A DNA stretch of 10,129 nt from an uncultured delta proteobacterium (lineage in GTDB: Bacteria; RBG-13-61-14; DRUE01): NCBI GenBank assembly GCA_903897985.1, contig CAIUDS010000675.1, forward strand, positions 1 to 10,129. Direction: 5' to 3'. The notes beneath the pieces are model-generated. The model ran no database searches. It had not been told where the DNA came from and saw nothing but the letters and a program-made list of their open reading frames with translations. This document shows positions 1 to 7,163 of this stretch, one piece after another (position 1 is the first letter of the stretch; the number at the start of each line of letters is the position of its first letter). A program made the position numbers and the translations under genes.

Positions 1-493
1 GCCCGGTCTTTTCCCCGAACCCGTAATAATGCTCAGCCTTCGGGATGGCCCGCGCCACCCCCGGCTTCCCGTTTTCAAAATTGATGCCCCCGCCCGTCTC
101 GTCCAAAAGCAGATTATTGTTCTTATCATAAATGCCGATCCTGCCCCCGTCCTTGGAAATCTTTCCGGTCAAAAGCGCGGTTTCGAAGGTCAGGTGGGAG
201 GAATCTTCCCGCACCGCGAGCGCTCCGGCCTTAGGCGCGTCCGGCGCCAGCGCGAACGATTCATCCGGCTCGAACTCCGCCTGGTCCGTGGCCCGCACCC
301 GGATGATCCCGTCCGTCACCTTGCTCAGCTTCATCCGGCCCTTTTCAAAAACGATCACCGTTCCGTCCGGCCCCGCGTTAAAACTTTTCATCCGGCCCAG
401 GGTTTCCGCCCGGGCCGCAAACGGGGCGCAGGCGCTCATGCCTGCGATTAGCGCCAATACTCGAATGGCTCTTCTTGCCCAAATCTTTCTCAT
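1..493 (-). CDS. GH31-family glycoside hydrolase (alpha-glucosidase/alpha-xylosidase-like), 5' portion only; the gene continues beyond the window edge. Secreted, with an N-terminal signal peptide.
   Basis: Minus-strand translation from the ATG at 491-493 gives MRKIWARRAIRVLALIAGMSACAPFAARAETLGRMKSFNAGPDGTVIVFEKGRMKLSKVTDGIIRVRATDQAEFEPDESFALAP...HYYGFGEKTG. Block for block this parallels the N-terminus of the full GH31 protein at 1249..3672 (IRVRAT[ND]Q.EF.PD.SFAL, GKPGV, EH[FY]YGFGEKTG). A GGAGAGAG Shine-Dalgarno sits 5-6 nt upstream (revcomp of 494-506). It is absent from the ORF track only because it has no in-window stop. Confidence 0.7.
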   Translation of the reverse strand, partial: MRKIWARRAIRVLALIAGMSACAPFAARAETLGRMKSFNAGPDGTVIVFEKGRMKLSKVTDGIIRVRATDQAEFEPDESFALAPDAPKAGALAVREDSSHLTFETALLTGKISKDGGRIGIYDKNNNLLLDETGGGINFENGKPGVARAIPKAEHYYGFGEKTG

Positions 494-527
494 CTCTCTC
501 TCCTTTTTCCTTACTGTGCGGGGGACT

Positions 528-1235
528 TTAGTCCCCCTTCTTCCACCGCATTTGTCTCAGCATCCCTCTTACCATCTTCACCTCTTTCGCCGTCAGCATC
601 GCCCGATTAAATAAGCTCCGGAATGCCAGCATCATCCTCCGCGGATCGCCTTGCTCCAGGAAACCGATCTCGGAAAGCGCCTGTTCCAAATGCGCATACA
701 TCGCTTCCAAATCCCCAGTATCCGCCAACTTCTTCCTGCTTTCAACCGGCGCTCCCAAAGCCAGGTTCAACTCGTATAACACGATCGCGACCGCGTGGCT
801 CAGACTCAGGACCTCGAACTCCGTGCCCGGATGAATCCCCACCACCCACGGGCAATGCTTCAACTCCTGCTCCGTCAATCCGATGTCCTCCGACCCGAAC
901 ACCAGCGCCACCTTTTGCCTCGGCGGCGAGTCCTTGAGCAACTCCGCCATCTCGCGCGGACTGATCACCTTCTTCTTCCTCACGCCGTATCTCCGGCTCG
1001 TCCCGATCACCAGGCCGCAGCCCTTGATCGCGTCCTCAAAATCGTCGTGGGTCTGGGCCAGCGCCAAAATGTCCGCGGCCCGGACCACCGCCCGGGCATA
1101 CGCCTCCTCGTCCAGCTTCGCCCGCGGCCGCACCAGCCTTAAGTCCTCAAACCCGAAATTCTTCATCGCCCGCGCCACCATCCCCACATTCCCCCCGAAC
1201 TTCGGGCTGACCAGAACTATTCGGAATTTTTCCAT
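528..1235 (-). CDS. trmJ: SPOUT-class RNA 2'-O-methyltransferase, TrmJ-like (tRNA Cm32/Um32 methyltransferase family)
   Basis: The 239-aa ORF reads MEKFRIVLVSPKFGGNVGMVARAMKNFGFEDLRLVRPRAKLDEEAYARA...KVALVFGSEDIGLTEQELKHC....HPGTEFEVLSLSHAVAIVLYEL. This is collinear with E. coli TrmJ as recalled from memory ([24 protein letters not shown]...[24 protein letters not shown]...NLAMAVQVIAYEV). The listed ORF start (1247) is a TTG, and the first ATG (1233-1235) is the likelier start. The gene starts 13 nt downstream of the GH31 stop, so it is co-transcribed. Confidence 0.75.
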   Translation of the reverse strand: MEKFRIVLVSPKFGGNVGMVARAMKNFGFEDLRLVRPRAKLDEEAYARAVVRAADILALAQTHDDFEDAIKGCGLVIGTSRRYGVRKKKVISPREMAELLKDSPPRQKVALVFGSEDIGLTEQELKHCPWVVGIHPGTEFEVLSLSHAVAIVLYELNLALGAPVESRKKLADTGDLEAMYAHLEQALSEIGFLEQGDPRRMMLAFRSLFNRAMLTAKEVKMVRGMLRQMRWKKGD

Positions 1236-1248
1236 TGCCGTCAGCAAG

Positions 1249-3672
1249 CTACCAGGCGATCTTTACCTGAAGCGCATCCCGGCTATCCGGAATCTTGAAT
1301 GACACCCGACCGTCGGCAAAGTCGAAAGCAAGATTCTGTTTTTCCGCCCCCTTGCCCAGCTCAATCGCCTTGGGCTTTTGGTCGGTGAAGACCACGAAAT
1401 CAAGATCGCGCGTGCTGGATTGCATCTTGCCTTCCGAGGAAGCTTTGGTAATCGTCAGCGAGGCAGTCCCCGACTGCTGGCAAAACCGGTTGCTCCGGTA
1501 TTCGCCGTTCAAATATGCATACCCGTTTCCCGCATCCTCGTAAAGGTCGAAGCAGGTTTTCGTGTCGCCGGGATAGAACTCTATGGACAGGGGCGCCCAC
1601 GGGCGCTCGCCCGTGTAATTCATCACCGGCGCCAGCGGAATGATCGCTCCGGCTCTCACAAACATCGGGATGGTGTCGAGCGCAACCGCGGTCACGACCT
1701 CTTTTGCGCCGTCGGTCCGGTTGGCGGTTTCGAAATCATACCACTGGCCTGCGGGCAGATAGACACTTCGTGTCCCCCTTTTCGCCTCCATCATCGGGGC
1801 AACCAGAAGCCAGTCTCCGATCATGAACTCGTCCGTGATCTGGTAGGTTTTTTCATCCGCGGGAAATTCCAAGAGCAAAGCCCGGAAGATGGGCCGGCCG
1901 GTCTCGGAGGTTTCCTTGAAATAATTGTAATAATAGGGCAGGAGCCGGTAGCGGAGTTGGATGGCTTTGCGCGATGCGTCTAGAACAGCATTGCCGTAGG
2001 AGAACGGGTCCTGACTGGGAGTGCCCTGGCTGGTATGGGTCCGGCTGAACGGATAGAACGATCCCTGTTCGATCCAGCGCGCATATAGCTCCGGCGACGG
2101 CGCGCCGCCGAACCCGCCGATGTCCGCGCCGACCATGGGCATGCCCGAGATGCCCATACTCAGGAGCATGGATGACGCGAGCCGCAAGTGGTCCCAATTG
2201 GCTGTATTATCTCCAGTCCAGACACAGGCGTATTTCTGGATGCCGGCATAACCGCCCCGGCTGATCACGAACGGCCGCTCATCGGGCCGGAGCCGCTTGA
2301 GCCCTTCAAAACTCGCCTGGCTCATTAGCGAGCCGTAGGCATTGTGGACCAGGCTATGCTCAACCTCGCCGCTCGGGCCGTGGCGCATGGGCAGGAACTC
2401 CACCTTGCCATGGCTCTTGCTCCAACCCGCGGGCTCGTTCATGTCGTCCCACACCCCGGCGATGCCGATGTCGGTCAGGAATTTCTGCAAGCCGCCCCAC
2501 CACTCCCTCACATTGGCCTGATAAAAATCCGGGTAATAGACCGCGCCCGGCCAGACATTGGCGGTGAAATATCCGCCGCGCGAATCATGCACGAAATAGT
2601 TTCTTTCCCGGGACTGGTCAAAGACCAGGTAGCCCGGCTCGATCTTGACGCCCGGGTCAACAATCGTGATCACCTTGAACCCGTCCTTTGCCAAATCCGC
2701 GACCATTTTCTTGGGGTCCGGGAACCGCTTCGGGTTGAAGGTGAAAACCTTGTAGGCGTCCATGTAGTGAATATCCAGGAAGATCACATCGCACGGGACC
2801 CGCAGGGTCCTGAATTTATTTGCCAGCCGGCGCACAATAGACTCATTCTTATAACTCCACCGGCACTGCTGATAGCCCAGCGCCCAGAGCGGCGGGAGCG
2901 GGTATCGGCCGACCAGCGAGGAGTAGCGCTCGATCACCTGCATGGGCGCGGGACCGGCGATGAGGTAATAGTTCAATTCGCCGCCATCGGCCCGGTAGAA
3001 GAACTTGCCCGGCTCGGTCGCGCCGACATCGAAAGCCGCGCGATAGGAATTGTCCAGGAAAATTCCGTAGGCCAGCCCCTTGCGCAGCGAGAGGTAATAC
3101 GGATGCGACTGATAGATCGGGTCGTCATTCGGCGCGTAACCATGGTCGGTGTTCCACATCGTCATCTTCCAGCCGCGCTTGTCGAACGGCCCGGTCTTCT
3201 CGCCGAACCCATAAAAATGCTCGCCCGTTTGGATCGTTCGGGTCACCCCCGGTTTGCCGCCCTCGAAAAAGATGCCGCCCCCCTCCGGCTCGGAGAAAAG
3301 CAGGTTCCCGTCCCGGTCATAAGCCTCGAAGACACCAGTGTCCTTATTTATCCTGAGCCGGAGCGCAACCGTGCTCAGGGTGAGAAAACTCTTGGCATCC
3401 TCATATGCAATCGGCCCCGGCTGAGGCGCGCTGTCCGCCAACGCGAACGAAAAATCCGGCGCGAATTCTTTCTGATTCGTCGCGCGCACCCTTATGATCT
3501 CCGGCGTGAGCGCGCTCACCTTGACCATGCCCCCGGAAAAATTTATGACCACTCCGTCCGGCTTCGGCTCGAATCCGGTCACCTTCCCCAAATTGACCCT
3601 GCCGGTCTGCCCAAAAGCCGAGCCCGCGGCCAGCAACCCCAAAACCAAAATCGAGAAAATTTTCCTGCTCAT
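1249..3672 (-). CDS. GH31-family glycoside hydrolase (alpha-glucosidase-like), secreted; full length, about 807 aa from the proposed start
   Basis: The 887-aa ORF contains both GH31 signature regions: GVWDDMNEPA (catalytic-nucleophile WxDMNE motif) and MVGADIGGFGG (acid/base region). The likely true start is the internal Met at 3670-3672, giving MSRKIFSILVLGLLAAGSAFGQ, a Sec signal peptide. The 80 residues upstream in the listed ORF (MPTPSFQNL...) are Arg/Gly-rich read-through of the promoter region. A GGAGGG Shine-Dalgarno lies upstream of 3672. Confidence 0.85.
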   Translation of the reverse strand: MSRKIFSILVLGLLAAGSAFGQTGRVNLGKVTGFEPKPDGVVINFSGGMVKVSALTPEIIRVRATNQKEFAPDFSFALADSAPQPGPIAYEDAKSFLTLSTVALRLRINKDTGVFEAYDRDGNLLFSEPEGGGIFFEGGKPGVTRTIQTGEHFYGFGEKTGPFDKRGWKMTMWNTDHGYAPNDDPIYQSHPYYLSLRKGLAYGIFLDNSYRAAFDVGATEPGKFFYRADGGELNYYLIAGPAPMQVIERYSSLVGRYPLPPLWALGYQQCRWSYKNESIVRRLANKFRTLRVPCDVIFLDIHYMDAYKVFTFNPKRFPDPKKMVADLAKDGFKVITIVDPGVKIEPGYLVFDQSRERNYFVHDSRGGYFTANVWPGAVYYPDFYQANVREWWGGLQKFLTDIGIAGVWDDMNEPAGWSKSHGKVEFLPMRHGPSGEVEHSLVHNAYGSLMSQASFEGLKRLRPDERPFVISRGGYAGIQKYACVWTGDNTANWDHLRLASSMLLSMGISGMPMVGADIGGFGGAPSPELYARWIEQGSFYPFSRTHTSQGTPSQDPFSYGNAVLDASRKAIQLRYRLLPYYYNYFKETSETGRPIFRALLLEFPADEKTYQITDEFMIGDWLLVAPMMEAKRGTRSVYLPAGQWYDFETANRTDGAKEVVTAVALDTIPMFVRAGAIIPLAPVMNYTGERPWAPLSIEFYPGDTKTCFDLYEDAGNGYAYLNGEYRSNRFCQQSGTASLTITKASSEGKMQSSTRDLDFVVFTDQKPKAIELGKGAEKQNLAFDFADGRVSFKIPDSRDALQVKIAW

Positions 3673-3699
3673 CTTTCCCCATCCCTCCATTTTGCGGTT

Positions 3700-3745
3700 A
3701 CCTAAAATATATATCCCACCCGGCTTTTTATAGCAATCGCGCAAC
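3700..3745 (-). promoter_or_regulatory. Candidate sigma70-type promoter for the GH31-trmJ operon (read on the minus strand: TTGCTA-N17-TATATA; an alternative TTGCGC -35 lies 3 nt after the upstream motif)
   Basis: The minus strand reads ...AAATTTTTTGGTTGCGCGATTGCTATAAAAAGCCGGGTGGGATATATATTTTAGG..., placing the -10 about 25 nt upstream of the GGAGGG Shine-Dalgarno and ATG at 3672. Hexamers were assigned by eye. Confidence 0.3.
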
Positions 3746-3746
3746 C

Positions 3747-3775
3747 AAAAAATTTCTTGCCCACCCCCGGTTTTT
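3747..3775 (-). promoter_or_regulatory. Copy A of a recurrent promoter-upstream motif (minus-strand reading AAAAACCGGGGGTGGGCAAGAAATTTTTT), directly 5' of a TTGCGC/TTGGTT -35-like hexamer
   Basis: Near-identical to copy B (3895-3922) in inverted orientation, and to copy C (9958-9984). Seen directly in the sequence. Confidence 0.5.
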
Positions 3776-3922
3776 CGCGCGCGCCCGCGCGCTTTGGAGT
3801 GCGGCGTCCGCGACGCCGCTTTAAAAGCGGTGCCGCCGGCACCGCAGTCCAAAACGCTTTCAGCGCAAATTGGTTGAATTCTATTGAGATTTTGAAAACT
3901 GGGGGTGGGCAAGGAAATTTTT
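3747..3922. repeat. Imperfect inverted repeat of about 28 bp (AAAAATTTC-TTGCCCACCCCCGGTTTT / AAAACTGGGGGTGGGCAAGGAAATTTTT) enclosing three tandem GC-rich palindromic hairpins
   Basis: Left arm at 3747-3775, right arm at 3895-3922, with 1 indel and 1 mismatch. Internal palindromes: CGCGCGCGCCCGCGCGC (3776-3792), GCGGCGTCCGCGACGCCGC (3801-3819), GCGGTGCCGCCGGCACCGC (3827-3845). Each is followed by TTT. Confidence 0.6.
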
Positions 3923-3955
3923 CACTTGACAAATTATTAGGGAAAGGGCTAATTT
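3895..3955 (+). promoter_or_regulatory. Copy B of the upstream motif (AAAACTGGGGGTGGGCAAGGAAATTTTT), followed after 3 nt by a sigma70-like promoter (TTGACA at 3926-3931, N17-18, TAATTT at about 3950-3955) for the flotillin-like gene
   Basis: The -35 hexamer is a perfect consensus. The predicted leader is about 50 nt, ending in the strong Shine-Dalgarno AAGGAGGGGG (4001-4010) and ATG at 4015. Confidence 0.45.
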
Positions 3956-4014
3956 ATGGGGGTTGGAAACGGGTCAAGAATGAAAAATTACGATGTAATC
4001 AAGGAGGGGGTAAG

Positions 4015-5970
4015 ATGGTGCCAGGATTGATTGTATTGGCCATGGTCATTGCCGCGATTTTGATTCTGCCTTCATTCCGGAATATCGGCCCGACCGAGAT
4101 TGGTCTGGTCACCAAACGGTTTTCCGTAAAGAAACTGGCGGAAGACAACCTGGTGGCATTCGAGGGGGAGGCCGGGTATCAGGCGGACCTGTTGATGCCG
4201 GGCTGGCGCTGGAAACTCTGGATGGTGTTCAGGATCGAGAAATTCCCCTGGGTGCAGGTTCCGGCCGGAGAGATCGGCGTGGTCATCGCCCAGGTGGGAC
4301 ATCCACTCCCGATCGGGGCCAAGTCCGCGGTCTTCAAAAAGGAGTTCGCCAATTTCAGCGACCTGCGCCGGTTTGTGGAACTGGGCGGTCAAAAGGGCGT
4401 GCAGCGGCCCGTGCTTTCGCCCGGAACCCTGGTGCCGATACATCCGGTCGGGTTCCTGATCCTGACCAAGCACAAGATTTACGGCGTCCCGGTTTCTCCG
4501 CAATTCAAGGCCATTGGCCGCCAACTCGCCCCGCAGGACTTCGGCCTGTCCGCGGCGCAACTGGAAGTGGTCCGGATCGAGCCGGCGCCGATGGAGGAAA
4601 AATCTTCTGCCCTGGATATGATCGGCGTGGTTACGACCTTTGAGGGCGATCCTTTGCCCGCCGGAGACATCGCCAACCGGCTGGGCGGGTTTGAGGATGT
4701 GGAAAAATTGGAACGGGCCAACGAGAGCGACATCAAGCTGATCGAGACCATCCTGGGCAGCAAGAACAACCTCCATAATAACTACCAGGACTACCAGGCC
4801 TTCCTCGACCATGGCGGCAGGATCGGCCTTCAGCACGATCCCCTGCTTTACGGCGCTTACAATTTAAACCCGTTCCTGGTCGCGGTCGAGAGGGTGGCCA
4901 TGCTCAAGGTCGAGCAAGGCGAGGTGGCGGTGATCAAGTCCTATGTGGGCCTCCCAACCGAGGATGTCTCCGGCGCCGAGTTCAAGTTCGGCAGCCTGGT
5001 CAAGCCCGGGCATCGCGGCATCTGGAGAGAGCCGCTCCGGACCGGCAAATTCCCGATCAACCCCAGGTGCTACGAGGCCGAAATCGTTCCCACCAGCATC
5101 CTCACTCTGAACTGGGCCGAGGCCACCTCCATGGCCCACAAGCTCGACGCGAACCTCAAATCCATTGACGCCAAATCCCGCGAGGGCTTTGTCTTCAAGA
5201 TAGACCTCCAGGTCCAGATCCATGTCCCGGACACCAAGGCCCCCAAGGTGATCTCGATCGTGGGCACCATGGCCAACCTGGTCAACGAGGTTTTGCAGGC
5301 CGCGGTCGGGAACCATTTCCGCGACAAATTGCAGAGCATGCCCGCGGTCATGTTCATCGAGACCCGGCAGGAAGTGCAGCAACAGGCTTTTGCGCATATC
5401 AAGGAGCATCTGGCGCAGTATGAGGTCGAGACCAAGGGCGTTTATATTCAGGATGTGGTCCTGCCCCAGGGCCTGGTCAATGTGCTGACCCAGCGCGAAA
5501 TCGCCAACCAGGAGATCAATACCTTCAAAAAACAGCAGCAGGCCCAGGAGCAGCGGATCGAAATGGAAAAATCCAAGGGTACCGCGGACATGCAGGCCGA
5601 ACTCGCCCGGTCCAAAGTCGGGATTGACATCAAAACCAACAACGCGTCCGCGCGCAAGTCCGAGGCCGACGGCGAGGCCACCTATATCCGCGAGACCGGC
5701 ATCGCCAAGGGCGCCGAGGTCGAGGCGGTCGGAATGGCCCGGGCCAAGGGCTTTGACGCCCAAGTTAAAGCCATGGGCCGCGAGACCACCGCGCTTGTCA
5801 ATGTCATCACCGTGCTTGCGGAAAAAGGGACCAAGTTCGTCCCCGAAATCCTGGTCATGGGCGGCTCCGGCGCCGCCGGCGGCAGCGGTAGCCTCGAGGG
5901 CCTCGCCGCCACCCTCATGAAATTCATCCGCGCCAAGACTGATCAGGACGCGAAAGGGTTGACCAAATAG
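4015..5970 (+). CDS. Flotillin-like SPFH/band-7 membrane protein (YqiK/FloT-like), 652 aa: N-terminal TM helix, SPFH region, long coiled coil, C-terminal EA/AKG-rich repeats and Gly-rich tail
   Basis: The true start is the Met at 4015, preceded by the Shine-Dalgarno AAGGAGGGGG. The listed ORF start at 3757 lies in the intergenic region. The N-terminus MVPGLIVLAMVIAAILILPSF is a TM helix. The C-terminal part reads QQQAQEQRIEMEKSKG...ATYIRETGIAKGAEVEAVGMARAKGFDAQVKAMG...KFVPEILVMGGSGAAGG. This parallels the FloT/YqiK tail as recalled (AEAEVIRLKGLAEAEA...ITVVDTGGSG). The SPFH portion is longer than in FloT. Confidence 0.6.
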   Translation: MVPGLIVLAMVIAAILILPSFRNIGPTEIGLVTKRFSVKKLAEDNLVAFEGEAGYQADLLMPGWRWKLWMVFRIEKFPWVQVPAGEIGVVIAQVGHPLPIGAKSAVFKKEFANFSDLRRFVELGGQKGVQRPVLSPGTLVPIHPVGFLILTKHKIYGVPVSPQFKAIGRQLAPQDFGLSAAQLEVVRIEPAPMEEKSSALDMIGVVTTFEGDPLPAGDIANRLGGFEDVEKLERANESDIKLIETILGSKNNLHNNYQDYQAFLDHGGRIGLQHDPLLYGAYNLNPFLVAVERVAMLKVEQGEVAVIKSYVGLPTEDVSGAEFKFGSLVKPGHRGIWREPLRTGKFPINPRCYEAEIVPTSILTLNWAEATSMAHKLDANLKSIDAKSREGFVFKIDLQVQIHVPDTKAPKVISIVGTMANLVNEVLQAAVGNHFRDKLQSMPAVMFIETRQEVQQQAFAHIKEHLAQYEVETKGVYIQDVVLPQGLVNVLTQREIANQEINTFKKQQQAQEQRIEMEKSKGTADMQAELARSKVGIDIKTNNASARKSEADGEATYIRETGIAKGAEVEAVGMARAKGFDAQVKAMGRETTALVNVITVLAEKGTKFVPEILVMGGSGAAGGSGSLEGLAATLMKFIRAKTDQDAKGLTK

Positions 5971-6048
5971 ACACGATAAACAGGAGCGGATTGGGCGCAC
6001 TTCGTTTCCAGCTTTTCCGAAGAATGCACGGGAATTGGTGCGGAAAAA

Positions 6049-6825
6049 ATGTATTATGACGAACTCATCATACGGTGCGGGCGGTTCTTGCATAAGAACT
6101 GGTTGATCAATTTGGCGGTCGCTTGCGGGCCGATCACGATTTTTATCGTGTTTACATGGGCGACAACTCGATTGCTAAATTTCGAGTCCAGCGGACTTAC
6201 CCATTTAATATTCATTATAGGTTACCTCGCCATTACCGCGCTGATGTTCTATGCGCATTGGGCCGCGGTTTCGTTTTTCTATCACAGCGAATTTGAGCGG
6301 AAGAACATGTCTCTTAAAGCTGTTTTGATCAATGCGCTCAGGCCATTTTATCTTTTCGTCATCATCCTTACGCTTGGCTTAGCCGGTGAGGCCGTTTCAC
6401 AAAGAATTCTGACCAACAATCTAGCGGCAAAAATATCCTTGATGGGGCTCTTGTCGGTGATAATGCTTGTGCTTGAATTGGCGTGCATCATGTTGATCTT
6501 GCGGGATGAAGATGTGGCCGAAGTCTTGCGGCGCACGGTCGGGCTGGTATCTCGAAATATTTCCGCGCTGCTCAGGCTGTATCTGAATATTTTGTTCTGG
6601 TCATTTCCGCTCATATTGATTCTGGGTATCGCAGCTTGGGGGAGCATCCACTATTCCGCTTCCATCCATGTCTTTCTCATAAACAAAGGAATTGACATTC
6701 AAAAAATGTTTTGGGTGCGGAACGGGCTGGTTGTGATCGTCTATACCTTCTTTACGCTTTTATATCTCTGTTTCCTTTATGTGGAAACGGAATTCCTGAA
6801 GAGGCTGGATGAGCTTAAAGGGTAA
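6049..6825 (+). CDS. Hypothetical polytopic membrane protein (about 6 predicted TM helices), no recognisable family. First gene of the AT-rich three-gene cassette.
   Basis: The 258-aa ORF has six hydrophobic helical stretches (approximate residues 17-37, 50-78, 100-116, 129-151, 174-200, 228-245). GC content is about 40-45% against about 60% in the flanks. Its stop is 2 nt before the MNT ATG. No strong Shine-Dalgarno is evident upstream. Confidence 0.55.
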   Translation: MYYDELIIRCGRFLHKNWLINLAVACGPITIFIVFTWATTRLLNFESSGLTHLIFIIGYLAITALMFYAHWAAVSFFYHSEFERKNMSLKAVLINALRPFYLFVIILTLGLAGEAVSQRILTNNLAAKISLMGLLSVIMLVLELACIMLILRDEDVAEVLRRTVGLVSRNISALLRLYLNILFWSFPLILILGIAAWGSIHYSASIHVFLINKGIDIQKMFWVRNGLVVIVYTFFTLLYLCFLYVETEFLKRLDELKG

Positions 6826-6827
6826 GG

Positions 6828-7163
6828 ATGAATTTTCAGTCCGGGGTTGCCTTTTGGCTCAATTTGATCGAGAATAAAGGTATGGACACGACGGTTCAAT
6901 CCGAAATCGAAAATGCGGTGCGCATTCTCAAAGAATACGGCGCCCGGGAGGTCTATCTGTTCGGCTCTCACGCCCACGGCAAGGCCCGGCCAAACTCCGA
7001 CCTGGATCTGGCGGTCACCGGGATTCCTCCCGAGAAATTCATAAGGGCGTATGGGAAGGTGATGTGGAAACTCGACCGGCCGGTTCACTTGATTGACTTG
7101 GACGAGGATTCCGACTTTAGTAAATTCATCAAGACCAACGGAGAGCTTAGAAGTGTCGGTTGA
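6828..7163 (+). CDS. Minimal nucleotidyltransferase (MNT, Pol-beta superfamily); putative antitoxin/modifier of a HEPN-MNT pair
   Basis: Carries the NTase-fold motif YLFGSHAHGKARPNSDLDLAV (GS-x10-D-x-D) and is about 110 aa, typical of MntA/HI0073-type proteins. A Shine-Dalgarno AAGGGTAAGG sits before the ATG at 6828. An alternative start is MDTTVQ at 6882. Confidence 0.8.
   Translation: MNFQSGVAFWLNLIENKGMDTTVQSEIENAVRILKEYGAREVYLFGSHAHGKARPNSDLDLAVTGIPPEKFIRAYGKVMWKLDRPVHLIDLDEDSDFSKFIKTNGELRSVG

Noticed and set aside
2344-3705. 453-aa plus-strand ORF. Similar long ORFs appear at 29..451 (+), 132..614 (+), 4864..6093 (-), 8147..8830 (-), 8290..9021 (-) and 9046..9780 (+).
   Set aside because: All lie antisense to, or frame-shifted from, well-supported genes with clear family signatures. 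Their products are Arg/Pro/Gly-rich and low-complexity, as expected for stop-codon-poor alternative frames in DNA of 60% GC or more.
3747-3922. Strict MITE call with target-site duplication
   Set aside because: The apparent flanking AAATTTC/GAAATTT are themselves part of the inverted repeat, not a direct duplication. A third, solo copy of the motif exists at 9958-9984 in a promoter-upstream position. A regulatory-site interpretation is therefore at least as likely. I kept this as an open alternative in the findings rather than calling it a feature.
3757-4014. N-terminal 86 codons of the listed 737-aa ORF (MPTPGFSRAPARFGVRRPRRR...)
   Set aside because: This span covers the intergenic promoter and hairpin region. 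The strong Shine-Dalgarno AAGGAGGGGG and the TM-helix start MVPGLIVL at 4015 mark the real start. The same logic trims the GH31 ORF from 3912 back to 3672.
5971-6048. Intrinsic terminator after the flotillin-like gene (CTTCG...CGAAG stem)
   Set aside because: The stem is only 5 bp with a 13-nt loop, and there is no following U-tract. It is not convincing, so read-through into the cassette remains possible.
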